Positions 9,723 to 20,255 of a stretch of 64,000 bases of DNA are shown piece by piece. How positions within the stretch are numbered: the first letter of the stretch is position 1; each line of letters opens with the position of its first letter. Origin of the DNA: a virus (taxonomy: Duplodnaviria; Caudoviricetes); IMG/VR virus record IMGVR_UViG_3300010338_000575; one strand, 5' to 3'. The position numbers were made by a program, and so were the translations under genes. A model generated the notes under the pieces. That model worked only from the letters and a program-made list of their open reading frames with translations, did not search any database and was not told where the DNA came from.

Positions 9723-10927
9723 TAACTACACGGTTTATTAATATTATCCAAATCATTTTTACTCGTTATATTTGTATTATATGTCGTTGAGTTCTTTGTA
9801 AACCAAATCTTATTAAATATTGATTGTGTTGTAGCATCTGACATATCTGGTACTATTGGTAATACTATTTGAGTAAATAAATATCGTTTCCCATTTATAA
9901 AAGGATAATCAACACCAATACCATCAATTGGGTCAACATATCCTTGTGGTATTATTTCACGCCAGATATAATTACCATTATTTATGAGTTTAGCATATTT
10001 AGGAATTTCATTCAAATCATCATATGATGTGCTAGCACTACTAACATAACTCAAATCATTACTTAAATATCTCAACCTAAGTGGTATTAGTGGGTTATAT
10101 TTCCAAACAATACCTGAATTTTGATTATCTGAATTTTTATGATATGTTTTTATGTATAAAGTCTGAGTACTGTTAATGTTTTGTTTAAATTCATTTTCGT
10201 TATAATAAACCAAATCACCAATAATTTGATTTGTATTTGTTTCAACAACGTCACCAACATTAAAATTAAAATCAAATGTCGATGGTAATGTCATTTTTTT
10301 CTCAATACCATTAGATTCCCATGTTGTACCAGAAATAGTTTCAGATGTATTAAATCCGTTACTTTTTTTAATATAACAAGGCATTAAATATAATTCAGTT
10401 AATGGAAATCCTAAATAATCATACATTTCTCTAACATCAATGTCAATATTAACATTAAACGCATAAACTTGCTTACCAAAAATATTATTTGTAAAACCTG
10501 CAGGATATATATCAATATTGTTTGGTGTTGCGATTACTTCAAATTTTCTAATATATTTTTTTATTGATAAATCACTACTATATAATGAAACATATTCTTT
10601 ATCAGATGGTTTAACTACATAAAATTTAAATGAATTAAAAATGTTTTTAGAATTATCAATTCTATATTCATAATAATCTGTTGTATATTTATAATCAAGT
10701 TTTAAACCATTTAGCATTGAAACATAATCAATTCTACCATATATTCTATAAATTGCATTTCTTTCACGTTCAGTTACGTATGTTTCAGATGCATTCACGT
10801 TACTATAAACATCATATTCAGTTAATTCAGACTCTCTATTAATTAGTTGAATCTTATCAACGTTATCAACATTAACCGATTTAACGTGTTTAAATTTTCC
10901 TAATAATATTTCAACTTCTTTTTCCAT
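9722..10927 (-). CDS. putative virion structural protein
   Basis: ~400 aa, 'YIWREIIPQGY.D..G.GVDYPFING' C-terminus; late motif at 10933-10940. Confidence 0.55.
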   Translation of the reverse strand: MEKEVEILLGKFKHVKSVNVDNVDKIQLINRESELTEYDVYSNVNASETYVTERERNAIYRIYGRIDYVSMLNGLKLDYKYTTDYYEYRIDNSKNIFNSFKFYVVKPSDKEYVSLYSSDLSIKKYIRKFEVIATPNNIDIYPAGFTNNIFGKQVYAFNVNIDIDVREMYDYLGFPLTELYLMPCYIKKSNGFNTSETISGTTWESNGIEKKMTLPSTFDFNFNVGDVVETNTNQIIGDLVYYNENEFKQNINSTQTLYIKTYHKNSDNQNSGIVWKYNPLIPLRLRYLSNDLSYVSSASTSYDDLNEIPKYAKLINNGNYIWREIIPQGYVDPIDGIGVDYPFINGKRYLFTQIVLPIVPDMSDATTQSIFNKIWFTKNSTTYNTNITSKNDLDNINKPCS

Positions 10928-11022
10928 ATACAATAAATACAATTAATATAAAAATTTTATATTTTTTTGTAATATTATTAAAATACCATCGTATTATACA
11001 TCAAACTTAAATACTGAAAACT

Positions 11023-11508
11023 ATGAAAAGACTGAACTTAATTATCATGATGTTCGCAATGGTATTGGTTAATACCGCTTGCGATGAAAAGGAAGAACCA
11101 ACCCCAACGTTCAAGCACATCATTGAACTCAATGAACTTATGGGGTATTGGCAACACCAATCCACCGAATACTACAGTGATGTTGTTACTAACTGTGATG
11201 AACTTAACGCATCGACTAAAATACCTGAAAATAAAAAGAGATATTTATTACACGAATTGAACATTAAATCACTACCACCAAATGAAATAACTTTTTATGA
11301 TGCATATTGTGATTTGATTAGTGTATGTTATGGTACAATACTAAATGATCTTGATTTTAAACTATTTGATACAGAAAATAAAATAAGTGTTGGCGGTGAA
11401 GTTTATCAAATAATATCATATAACAAAACTGACAAAGAACTAAAATTGAAAATACTTGAACCCAATTTTCAAGCAGTTGGTGCTGTTGTAATTTTTAAAA
11501 AACGATAA
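11023..11508 (+). CDS. lipoprotein (Bacteroidota-type signal peptide II, lipocalin-like)
   Basis: MKRLNLIIMMFAMVLVNTA-C-DEKEE lipobox followed by an acidic export-type signal; 'LMGYW' motif. Confidence 0.75.
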   Translation: MKRLNLIIMMFAMVLVNTACDEKEEPTPTFKHIIELNELMGYWQHQSTEYYSDVVTNCDELNASTKIPENKKRYLLHELNIKSLPPNEITFYDAYCDLISVCYGTILNDLDFKLFDTENKISVGGEVYQIISYNKTDKELKLKILEPNFQAVGAVVIFKKR

Positions 11509-11528
11509 AAAATAAAAATAAAATAATA

Positions 11529-11559
11529 AAAAAACCATTAATTTTATAATGGTTTTTTT
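11529..11559. terminator. bidirectional intrinsic terminator
   Basis: AAAAAACCATTA...TAATGGTTTTTT between convergent genes. Confidence 0.7.
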
Positions 11560-11568
11560 ATATTCATA

Positions 11569-13653
11569 TCATTGTATATTTAAAATCCTCGATACAAAAT
11601 CGATACAATCGGCAGTATCAAAACCCTTATAAAAATAAACATTTGAATCAATACTATTAGATGGTATACCTAATCTTCTACCCCCGCCATACGGGCAGTC
11701 CTTCAATCCGTGCATGTAATTATCAATGTTAATAGTATTATTTTTAAAATAATCATCACCATTATCACCCCCCTTTTTTTGGAATCCCCTAAATATTCTG
11801 ATTTCGTTTTCGGGTACAACGATGAAGTTTGTCCAGTTAAGGTCGGTACGTGGAAACCACTTGGTGTTGGTATCGTTGGCAGCAATGGGGTCGTTATTAT
11901 CGCTTAGCCTATTTTCTGCTTTAGGGATGTGAAAGTAGGTATTAACCCGCATACCATCAAACTCATCGCTAACCACATACCCTAACTGTGGTAAATAGAT
12001 TGAGAAGTTAAGCCAGTTACCACCGAATAGTTTTGTGCCTGACTTATCAGCACCATTTGAAGGAAATTCATAGGGTTCATTATCTTCACCATCGGTTTGA
12101 ATGACACCCACCATAAAACGGGGGTCTTTATTATACAGGTTATTAACACTATCAATGTTAGTGAAACCATCATTATCATCATCCCTTACATTAATATGTC
12201 TTATTTTGTTGTAAACCGTGGCGTTGAAACGGGCGACGCTGTAGATGGTATTAGCCGAAAAAGTGTAGTGCTGGTTACGCCATTGGTGTGCGGTACTACT
12301 ACTTTCCAACCCCTGTTTTGGGTTTGCGCTTTGCGGTATCTTAATGCGTGTTCGGAATTGGGTAACAGAACGGGTGTTATTGGCAATTTCATCGTTAATT
12401 TTTTTAAAGGGAACGGGTATGCTATCTTCAGTATATTCTAAAATAATAAAACCCTTGAATTCGGTGTAAATACCACCATTATATGATTCGGGTACTTCAA
12501 CTCTTTCACCTAAATCATTAATAATTACTTTTTTTCTGTTACAGTTGATGATAAAAACAAAATCACCATCACGTTTATAAACACTGTATTCAGCAGGGTC
12601 TAATAATTTCATTTTTTGATATAAATCAACACCATTTTGTTCAATTTCTTCATCAGATACCGTATTGGGGTAGTAGTATATCTTTTCGGAAACAATACCA
12701 ATTCGCTTACTATTTATCATAATATCTTCATTATCATTTGCCTTGTATAGTTGTGCGTATGAGAATTTATGAAAATCATCATCATTATCATCATCACCTT
12801 GATAATTATCGCACCACCTACTATTCTCACCATCGGTAAATACACTACCAAAAATTGTAAACTGACTAGCAATATTAGCACGAATTCTAAAATCTTGTCT
12901 AGTGATACCAATTTCAAAATTATTTTTATCACCCCAAAATGGTCTAATATCAACACTAATTTCTTGTGTTTCGATATGTGGAAGGTCGTCAATATCATTA
13001 CTTTCCTTAATACGTGTGTTATTATCGGTAAATAGGTTTGGTGAATATCCTAAATTGGTAACCATTGAAGCAGGATTCATAGAATATTCACCAATATCAG
13101 TAATATCAACACTCATATGTACTGTATGAGTACCAACAGGAACACCAAATATCATATAATCACCAGACTTATTAGTGATTGCAGTATATTTATAATATTT
13201 TTTATAAACTTTCATGAAAATATCATTAACCATTAATTCTGGTTCAATAAACATTGAACCAAATGGTTGTCTTGGTTTAAACGTTTTTGTTGAAAAATCG
13301 AATTGTGATACTCTTGGAAGCAAATTATAGCGTTTACCTTCTAAATTTTTATCTCTCGGAGATTTATACGGATAAACACTATAAATTTCACTATCATTAA
13401 TATCATCATCATCAAGTGGTATGAAAATACTTATTTTAGCATTAGGTATACCAACACCACCATTAGCAATAACTCTACCAACTAAAACACCATAATCTGA
13501 ATTCAAATTTTGATATATATCTTCAGTACCAATTTTCATTGAAAGCACTTCAATGGTTTTAACATTTTGTTCTAATTTAATTTGAATAAATTTATCGTTA
13601 ATAATATTTGTAGTTACGCCACTATTGAAATAAATTCTTTTAGAAATATTCAT
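11569..13653 (-). CDS. virion structural protein with an N-terminal carboxypeptidase-regulatory-like domain
   Basis: 'GVLVGRVIANGGVGIPNAKISIF', 'TNKSGDYMIFGVPVG'; late motif at 13673-13680; C-terminal half has atypical composition. Confidence 0.55.
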   Translation of the reverse strand: MNISKRIYFNSGVTTNIINDKFIQIKLEQNVKTIEVLSMKIGTEDIYQNLNSDYGVLVGRVIANGGVGIPNAKISIFIPLDDDDINDSEIYSVYPYKSPRDKNLEGKRYNLLPRVSQFDFSTKTFKPRQPFGSMFIEPELMVNDIFMKVYKKYYKYTAITNKSGDYMIFGVPVGTHTVHMSVDITDIGEYSMNPASMVTNLGYSPNLFTDNNTRIKESNDIDDLPHIETQEISVDIRPFWGDKNNFEIGITRQDFRIRANIASQFTIFGSVFTDGENSRWCDNYQGDDDNDDDFHKFSYAQLYKANDNEDIMINSKRIGIVSEKIYYYPNTVSDEEIEQNGVDLYQKMKLLDPAEYSVYKRDGDFVFIINCNRKKVIINDLGERVEVPESYNGGIYTEFKGFIILEYTEDSIPVPFKKINDEIANNTRSVTQFRTRIKIPQSANPKQGLESSSTAHQWRNQHYTFSANTIYSVARFNATVYNKIRHINVRDDDNDGFTNIDSVNNLYNKDPRFMVGVIQTDGEDNEPYEFPSNGADKSGTKLFGGNWLNFSIYLPQLGYVVSDEFDGMRVNTYFHIPKAENRLSDNNDPIAANDTNTKWFPRTDLNWTNFIVVPENEIRIFRGFQKKGGDNGDDYFKNNTINIDNYMHGLKDCPYGGGRRLGIPSNSIDSNVYFYKGFDTADCIDFVSRILNIQ

Positions 13654-13926
13654 AATAACATAATATTTTTAAATAAATACATAATTTATAAAAATTTTTT
13701 TTATAAAAAAATCACCATAAATTTTCATTATTTTTAAAAATTTAGGCAAAAAAAATTAAAAAAAATCAAAATTTAAAAAAATTTGAAATTAATATAATTA
13801 TTATCAATATCATAATATCATTAATTTAATTTCTTTTCAAATCTTTTATAGTATTTATTCAAAAGGCTAAATAATTTCAAAAACTTTTTGAAAATAATAT
13901 AATAAAATAAAAAATTAAAATAAATT

Positions 13927-16701
13927 ATGGGAGAATTTATATTTACATCACCGGGTTATAAATTTAAAGAACGTGATTTGACATTTGTAACACGTAATGT
14001 TGGTGTTACCACACTTGGTTTAGTTGGCGAAACATTAAAGGGACCTGCCTTTGAACCTATATTCATTGAAGATAAAAAACAATTTGAAACTAGATTTGGA
14101 AAACAATCACCCATTAAATGGAATGGTGAGTATAAAAAGGATGAATTACAATACCAATTACCATATGTTGCCAATGCATATCTTGAAGAATCTAATCAAT
14201 TATGGGTTACAAGAGTATTGGGTCTTAGTGGTTATGACGCAGGACCTGCTTGGTTAATTACGTTAAGCGCAGGAGTTGATCCTAATACAATTAATAGTGT
14301 TGATGGAAGTGCATTTGATGCGAATTTCACCAATAATGAATATATGGGTGTTAAACTATATAGTTTAGGTGACAGTGGATATACATTTACTGGTTTTATT
14401 AAAACATCCCCAACTCAATTTAGTGGGACTGGTTATACTTTTACAGTAACCAGTATTGATGGTAATGGTGATGGTATTGTTAATGTCATACCAACCGTAA
14501 AAACAGGTAGTCCATATACTGAATATGAAAATATGGTATTGGCTGTTATTAGAAGTAGAGCGAATGTTGTTGATAGAATAAATTCTACACCTCTTACAGA
14601 ATTTAAAACAACCACTGTAACTATTAATAATAACACCACATTATTAGATACTGGTGATTTGTTGGGTAGATTTAAAATTAGTGCATCTGATGGTACAACT
14701 ACTGAAGAATATGAAGTTTCATTAAATCCCAACGATTCAAGTTATTTACCAAATGTAATTGGTTCAGCACCAAAAGATAAAAACACAAAAATTTGGGTTC
14801 AATCAATTTATCCTGATTTAATAAAAAAATTGGATGCTGATGAATTAGGTTTTGGTATTAATACCTATGTAATTAAAACAACAACAAACAGTTTTTCTGA
14901 TTGGAAACAACCATTTCAAACACCTGAAACACCTTGGGTGGTGTCTCAATTAATGGGTAGTCAAATTTATAGATTATTTAAATTCATTAGTATTAGTGAT
15001 GGTGATTCTGCGAATCAAGAAATAAAAATATCAATATTGAACATCAATCCAGTAACTAATGAATTTGATGTATACATTCGTGATTTTAATGATACTGATG
15101 AAAATCCAATTATATTAGAAAGTTATACCAAATGTACATTAATTCCAGAACAAAATAGTTTTATTGGTCGTAAAATTGGAACAATTGATGGTGAATACGC
15201 ATTAGTTAGTAACTATGTTATGGTTGAATTGGATGATAATATACCTGAAGGTGCATTTCCTGCAGGTTTTGAAGGATATTTATTTAACGATTATTCATCA
15301 ATCGCAACTGGTGATAATACAATATCAGGTATTGCACCCAAAATTTTCTACAAAAAATCATACACCGATACAGAGATTAATAAATTAAATAAATATTATT
15401 TAGGAATTTCAGAACATGGATACGATTCAAACAATTTAGTTGGTGGTGGTATTAATCAAAACTTTTTTAATTATAATGGTGATCCTTCTGTTGGTCATAT
15501 AAAAACAAAAGGTTTCCACATGGATAGTGGTGCAACTAGTACATATACTAACGGTAATGTTGTTATTGGTGAATTTGAAACAGGTGTTGCAAGATTTAGA
15601 GACATTTCTGATATTTCTAACATAAATAATCCATATTATAAATCAAATGCAAGAAAATTCACATTAGTTCCTGCAGGTGGTTTTGATGGTTGGAATGTTC
15701 ATAGGGGTTTTCGTTCTAATTTAGATGGATATCAACAAGGTGGTATTTATAGTGGATTACCCGGTCAGCCAAACGTACAGCCAAAAAATGATTATCAGGC
15801 ATGGCAAACTGCAATTAAAACATTTGCTAATCCAGAAGAAGTAACAATTAATTTATTAGCAACACCGGGTATTGATTGGTCTAATAATAGTATTTTAGTA
15901 AAAGAAGTGATTGAAATGGTTGAAAAACAAAGAACCGATTGTTTATATATAATCGATTCACCTGATGAAACAATTTCAATTACTGACAATTCAAATGAAT
16001 TGGTATCACCCGATGTATTGGCAGCAAGAGCAATTGCAAGTGCATTAGAAGATACTGAAATTGATAGTAATTATTCATGTACTTACTTTCCTTGGATTCA
16101 AATTAGAGATTCTGTAAATAATGTAAATGTTTACATTCCACCAACATGTGAAGTAGTAAGAGCAATTGCATATACAGATAAAGTTAAATTCCCTTGGTTT
16201 GCACCTGCTGGTTTAAATAGAGGTGTTATTAATGCAAGAAAGTCGAAATATAAATTAACACAAAAAGCACGTGATATTCTTTATGCAGCAAGAATCAATC
16301 CAATTGCAGATTTCACAAATGTAGGTACTGCAATATTTGGACAAAAAACATTACAGAAAAAAGAAACTGCATTGAATAGAATCAATGTGCGAAGGTTATT
16401 GTTACAAATTAAAGTTTTAATTTCAAACATTTCAGTTAGGTTGTTATTCGAGCAAAATGATCAGGCAATAATCAACGAATTCTTATCAAAAGCAAATCCA
16501 GTTCTTGAAACAATAAAAAGAGAGCGTGGTCTTGTTGATTTTAGAATAAAAATGGATGATACTAATAACACACCCGAAACCAGAGATAGAAATGAATTAT
16601 ATGGTGAAATATACATTAAACCAACACGTTCATTGGAATATATTGGAATCACATTTACTATCACACCATCGGGTGCAAGTTTTAGCGATGTTGGTGCTTA
16701 A
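13927..16701 (+). CDS. tail sheath protein (T4 gp18-like)
   Basis: 'SPGY...E.DL', 'KGPAFEP', 'WFAPAGLNRG', 'INPI', 'GQKTLQ...ALNRINVRRL', 'IYIKPTRSLEYI'. Confidence 0.95.
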   Translation: MGEFIFTSPGYKFKERDLTFVTRNVGVTTLGLVGETLKGPAFEPIFIEDKKQFETRFGKQSPIKWNGEYKKDELQYQLPYVANAYLEESNQLWVTRVLGLSGYDAGPAWLITLSAGVDPNTINSVDGSAFDANFTNNEYMGVKLYSLGDSGYTFTGFIKTSPTQFSGTGYTFTVTSIDGNGDGIVNVIPTVKTGSPYTEYENMVLAVIRSRANVVDRINSTPLTEFKTTTVTINNNTTLLDTGDLLGRFKISASDGTTTEEYEVSLNPNDSSYLPNVIGSAPKDKNTKIWVQSIYPDLIKKLDADELGFGINTYVIKTTTNSFSDWKQPFQTPETPWVVSQLMGSQIYRLFKFISISDGDSANQEIKISILNINPVTNEFDVYIRDFNDTDENPIILESYTKCTLIPEQNSFIGRKIGTIDGEYALVSNYVMVELDDNIPEGAFPAGFEGYLFNDYSSIATGDNTISGIAPKIFYKKSYTDTEINKLNKYYLGISEHGYDSNNLVGGGINQNFFNYNGDPSVGHIKTKGFHMDSGATSTYTNGNVVIGEFETGVARFRDISDISNINNPYYKSNARKFTLVPAGGFDGWNVHRGFRSNLDGYQQGGIYSGLPGQPNVQPKNDYQAWQTAIKTFANPEEVTINLLATPGIDWSNNSILVKEVIEMVEKQRTDCLYIIDSPDETISITDNSNELVSPDVLAARAIASALEDTEIDSNYSCTYFPWIQIRDSVNNVNVYIPPTCEVVRAIAYTDKVKFPWFAPAGLNRGVINARKSKYKLTQKARDILYAARINPIADFTNVGTAIFGQKTLQKKETALNRINVRRLLLQIKVLISNISVRLLFEQNDQAIINEFLSKANPVLETIKRERGLVDFRIKMDDTNNTPETRDRNELYGEIYIKPTRSLEYIGITFTITPSGASFSDVGA

Positions 16702-16711
16702 TTAAAAAAAT

Positions 16712-16753
16712 AAAACGAAAATCCACCTATTTATGTATAGGTGGGTTTTCGTT
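16712..16753 (+). terminator. intrinsic terminator hairpin
   Basis: AACGAAAATCCACCTAT...ATAGGTGGGTTTTCGTT. Confidence 0.65.
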
Positions 16754-16788
16754 AAAAAAATAATTAAATATATTAAAATTTAAGAAAT

Positions 16789-17106
16789 ATGTGTGCAAAG
16801 AAAAAAAATAATATTGATTTTGAATTAAATTCGGTTAATGAAATAATCGATAATCACAATGAATTAAATGAGGATATTATTGTTGAAGAAAAACAAAATG
16901 ATATCACATTTGATAGTAATGATGATCACAATTCTAATGATGTTGATGTTCAACCAATAGATGAAATTGAAGTTCAACAATTAGATGAAGTTGAAGTTCA
17001 AGAAATTAAAGATACCAATACAAATAAAAACATTGATATTAATTCATTAACAAAGGACGAGTATAGATTTTATTTAAGAACGGGTAAATTACCACAAAAA
17101 AAATAA
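16789..17106 (+). CDS. acidic hypothetical protein
   Basis: 105 aa with short (D/E)VQxxDE repeats, between sheath and tube genes. Confidence 0.6.
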   Translation: MCAKKKNNIDFELNSVNEIIDNHNELNEDIIVEEKQNDITFDSNDDHNSNDVDVQPIDEIEVQQLDEVEVQEIKDTNTNKNIDINSLTKDEYRFYLRTGKLPQKK

Positions 17107-17168
17107 AATATTAGTATTTATTAATAGTAAAAATAATTTTAAATGGAATATAAAAAAAATAATATAAA

Positions 17169-17663
17169 ATGGCTGTAGGTGAAATGTTAATAAAAGTACC
17201 TTTTGATTATGAACCAAAAAGGTCTAATAGATTTTATGCAACAATTACAGATGTATTACAAACAGAAACATGGTTGATTAGGAAATTTAAAAGACCTTCA
17301 CTAAAAATCAATAAGGTTGATATTGATTATATGAATGAAAAAAACTATGTTGCAGGTAAATATACTTGGGATGAAGTAAATATTGAATTTTTAGACCCAA
17401 TAGGTCCATCTGCTTCACAGATATTAATGGAATGGGTTAGACTACATGCTGAATCTATAACTGGTCGTATGGGTTATGCTGCTGGGTATAAAAAAGATAT
17501 TATTCTGTATAGTTTAGACCCAACAGGTGTTGAAGTTGAAAAATGGACACTTCAACAATGTATGATAACATCAGTTGAATTTGGTGATAGTGATTATAGT
17601 AGTGATGATTTAGTTAAAATATCATTAACTGTTCAGCCATATAGGTGTATTCTAAACTACTAA
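17169..17663 (+). CDS. tail tube protein (T4 gp19-like)
   Basis: 'EPKRSNRF', 'YVAGKYTW', 'YKKDI', 'VEKWTL'; follows the sheath gene. Confidence 0.9.
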   Translation: MAVGEMLIKVPFDYEPKRSNRFYATITDVLQTETWLIRKFKRPSLKINKVDIDYMNEKNYVAGKYTWDEVNIEFLDPIGPSASQILMEWVRLHAESITGRMGYAAGYKKDIILYSLDPTGVEVEKWTLQQCMITSVEFGDSDYSSDDLVKISLTVQPYRCILNY

Positions 17664-17681
17664 TTGGATTATGGCAGAACG

Positions 17682-17713
17682 AAACACCATCAAATTAAAT
17701 TGATGGTGTTTTT
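17682..17713. terminator. bidirectional terminator
   Basis: AAACACCATCAA...TTGATGGTGTTTTT between convergent genes. Confidence 0.7.
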
Positions 17714-18495
17714 TATTTTAAATTAATTGCGTTAATTCTATTTTTTATAATTAATTCAACAAAATATGATAAATCCTTAACCTTTATTATTTTATATGTT
17801 GGATTGTTATGTGAAAACCAAACAATATACGAATCACCTAATTTAATTCCCACATTTTTTTCAATTATATATTTATATATTCCTAGTTGTAAACTATAAA
17901 TATTTAAATCACAATCTTCAATTGTTTGTAATTCGTTTTTTAAATATCTATCACTATTTGAAAGTGAAAACGATTTGTTTGTTTTCCAATCAAAGATTTG
18001 TAATTCATCATATTTTTTATTATAAAACAACATATCCAACATACCCCCAATTAATGATTCTTTATCATAAACAACAAATTCGGTACGTATTGGTATTAAT
18101 TTATCAAACGAATCGGAATAAAATTTATCAACATGTTCTTTTGTAATTAAAAATTCATCCCAAATTGGATCGAAACCAAATTCATTTAATATCAATTCTT
18201 TTGGATATTCAAATATTTTATTTTGAAATAAATTTTCGGCATAATCATGAACAATTGACCCATTTAACGTTCCTTTTTTATTTATGAAATTCCACCCTCT
18301 TTTTACCAACGATTGGTCTATTTTATACTCAATACTTTTATAATCAGACCAATACTCTTCATCAAAAACTTCTTGATATTCATGTATTAGGGTTGTGACT
18401 GAAATCAATTCAGTATCGTCCACATAATATTTATGTGGTTTATCATAATACTTAACACCATTAAATGTGGTATATAATTCTATTGGAATATTCAT
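17713..18495 (-). CDS. PD-(D/E)XK exonuclease (RecB/Cas4-like superfamily)
   Basis: 'SVTTLI', 'GSIVHDYAE', 'E.VVYD...IGGMLD', 'IFDWKT', 'YSLQLGIY'; TAGATTTG promoter motif at 18502-18509. Confidence 0.8.
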   Translation of the reverse strand: MNIPIELYTTFNGVKYYDKPHKYYVDDTELISVTTLIHEYQEVFDEEYWSDYKSIEYKIDQSLVKRGWNFINKKGTLNGSIVHDYAENLFQNKIFEYPKELILNEFGFDPIWDEFLITKEHVDKFYSDSFDKLIPIRTEFVVYDKESLIGGMLDMLFYNKKYDELQIFDWKTNKSFSLSNSDRYLKNELQTIEDCDLNIYSLQLGIYKYIIEKNVGIKLGDSYIVWFSHNNPTYKIIKVKDLSYFVELIIKNRINAINLK

Positions 18496-18518
18496 AGACT
18501 GCAAATCTATGAATAAAT

Positions 18519-19415
18519 TTAATTAATTACAATATTTTTTTGTAACATTAACTCAAATTCCAATTTCTCTAACTTGTTAATAATTTCAGTTTTTTCTGCT
18601 GGTAACGCTGAATATCCATGTATATGATTAACTAAAGCATCTCTAATTACTCTTAACGCTTCAACTAAAACATCACCACGCACCATAGGATGACCCTCAT
18701 TAAATATTCTAACCCTATCTTCTTGTGTTACATTTGATGCTTTAAATTGTGGAATTCCATTATGTGAAATAATTGCAATTTTATCACTAGTTATTACAGT
18801 ATTACTATAATAATCATTATTACCAGTTTGATTTGGTTCAAAATTTAAATTAATTTCAGCAGGATTTTTTGTATTTAATTTTAAAATATTATTGTTTTCA
18901 TGTTTACCTGCTCGTATATGTACCTCATTATTTCTTAAAATAATATCAGTATTAACTCTACCAATAATAGCAATGTCTGTTTTTCGTGGAAACACACCCT
19001 CAGATTCAGGTATTTTTGATGGTGCTACATCGGGTGCGACAATACCATAATTAGTTGTTGATAATGCCGTTAAATTGTCATCATATTCAATCTTATGTAA
19101 TTGTGATATAACACTACCCAACCAAAATCTACTTCTCATTGGAAATTGTATATCTTCAAGAAAAATTCTCACAATTTCACCTTTTTGGGGGTATATGTGA
19201 AAAAATTTAGGTAATAATGGATAAGACCAAGGTAATTCATTATCACTAATTTTATTATCCAAATCAGGTATTCTAACCTTAATTCTCCCACCATCAGTTT
19301 CATCATCAATACTTACTACAGTACCATAATATATCGTCCTTTGTATTGATACATAAGACGTTACTGGTGAATATGGGTTGCTTGTGTTTATTATTTTATT
19401 TACATAACTATCCAT
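18519..19415 (-). CDS. baseplate central spike (gp5/VgrG OB-fold, gpV-like)
   Basis: 'GTVVSIDD...GRIKVRIP', 'PQKGEIV.I', C-terminal 'NHIH' spike-tip motif. Confidence 0.75.
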   Translation of the reverse strand: MDSYVNKIINTSNPYSPVTSYVSIQRTIYYGTVVSIDDETDGGRIKVRIPDLDNKISDNELPWSYPLLPKFFHIYPQKGEIVRIFLEDIQFPMRSRFWLGSVISQLHKIEYDDNLTALSTTNYGIVAPDVAPSKIPESEGVFPRKTDIAIIGRVNTDIILRNNEVHIRAGKHENNNILKLNTKNPAEINLNFEPNQTGNNDYYSNTVITSDKIAIISHNGIPQFKASNVTQEDRVRIFNEGHPMVRGDVLVEALRVIRDALVNHIHGYSALPAEKTEIINKLEKLEFELMLQKNIVIN

Positions 19416-19635
19416 CTATTTTATTACCCCTTTCTAATAACTCTTCAATTATTGCAACATATAATTTTTCATATAATTCCAATTCAGCAACATCATTATT
19501 AATTTCATTTTGAATTGAATCGATTTTATATGTATTGTTAATAATACGTTCCTTTATGATATTATGATTTTTTATAATATCATCACATATCTTCACCAAT
19601 TCAATATCAGTAAAATTTGAAAAATCATCCATCAC
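19408..19635 (-). CDS. hypothetical protein
   Basis: 75-aa ORF overlapping both neighbours. Confidence 0.6.
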   Translation of the reverse strand: MMDDFSNFTDIELVKICDDIIKNHNIIKERIINNTYKIDSIQNEINNDVAELELYEKLYVAIIEELLERGNKIDG

Positions 19636-20039
19636 TGTATAACTCCATATCCCTTTGTATATGTAATTGATGAACCAAATACCGATACAGGACCTGCTGG
19701 CGATATACCAGTTGCTGAAACTGTAATACCGGGCGGTATTGCTACCGATATTATAGCATCTTCTTGTAATGCTCTTATGATTTCTTCAATTCTAATTCTC
19801 TCCATAATTTCATCAGGATTTGTATTACCATTTGGTAATGGACCAACAGGTAAACCTGCTTCACTTTTTCTCGATATAATACGTGTTGCAATTTTTATTG
19901 CAGATAATCCACCTCTTTTAGGCACACCAACTAATATCATTGGCGTTGGTATTGGTGGTGGACTACCAACTGAAGATAAACTTAAAATTCTATCAAAACC
20001 ACTAATAATTGAATCAATATTGCTATAATCAATAGCCAT
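19632..20039 (-). CDS. hypothetical baseplate-associated protein
   Basis: 135 aa, Pro/Gly-rich, in the spike operon. Confidence 0.5.
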   Translation of the reverse strand: MAIDYSNIDSIISGFDRILSLSSVGSPPPIPTPMILVGVPKRGGLSAIKIATRIISRKSEAGLPVGPLPNGNTNPDEIMERIRIEEIIRALQEDAIISVAIPPGITVSATGISPAGPVSVFGSSITYTKGYGVIQ

Positions 20040-20049
20040 ATTATTTTTT

Positions 20050-20229
20050 TTATTTTTTCAATTCTTTTAATTTTTTTATATCAATCCATTTCCAACCAAA
20101 CAATAAATTGATAATAATTCGCCTAAATAAATTAGGTTTTACTGTTGTTGCTAATTGAACACCATTAACATTACCATCGATTAAATAAACACCAACAAAT
20201 TGTTTATTTATTTTTTGATCAACTATCAT
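20050..20229 (-). CDS. small hypothetical protein (59 aa, below the ORF-track cutoff)
   Basis: Manual translation MIVDQKINKQFVGVYLIDG...KPNLFRRIIINLLFGWKWIDIKKLKELKK; fills the operon gap. Confidence 0.6.
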   Translation of the reverse strand: MIVDQKINKQFVGVYLIDGNVNGVQLATTVKPNLFRRIIINLLFGWKWIDIKKLKELKK

Positions 20230-20255
20230 ACATCTTAATTTTTAAAATGAAGTTA

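Noticed and set aside
17713-18495. Exonuclease as a Cas4 serving the array
   Set aside because: Lacks the four Fe-S cysteines, lies 26 kb away, and is a common phage PD-(D/E)XK nuclease
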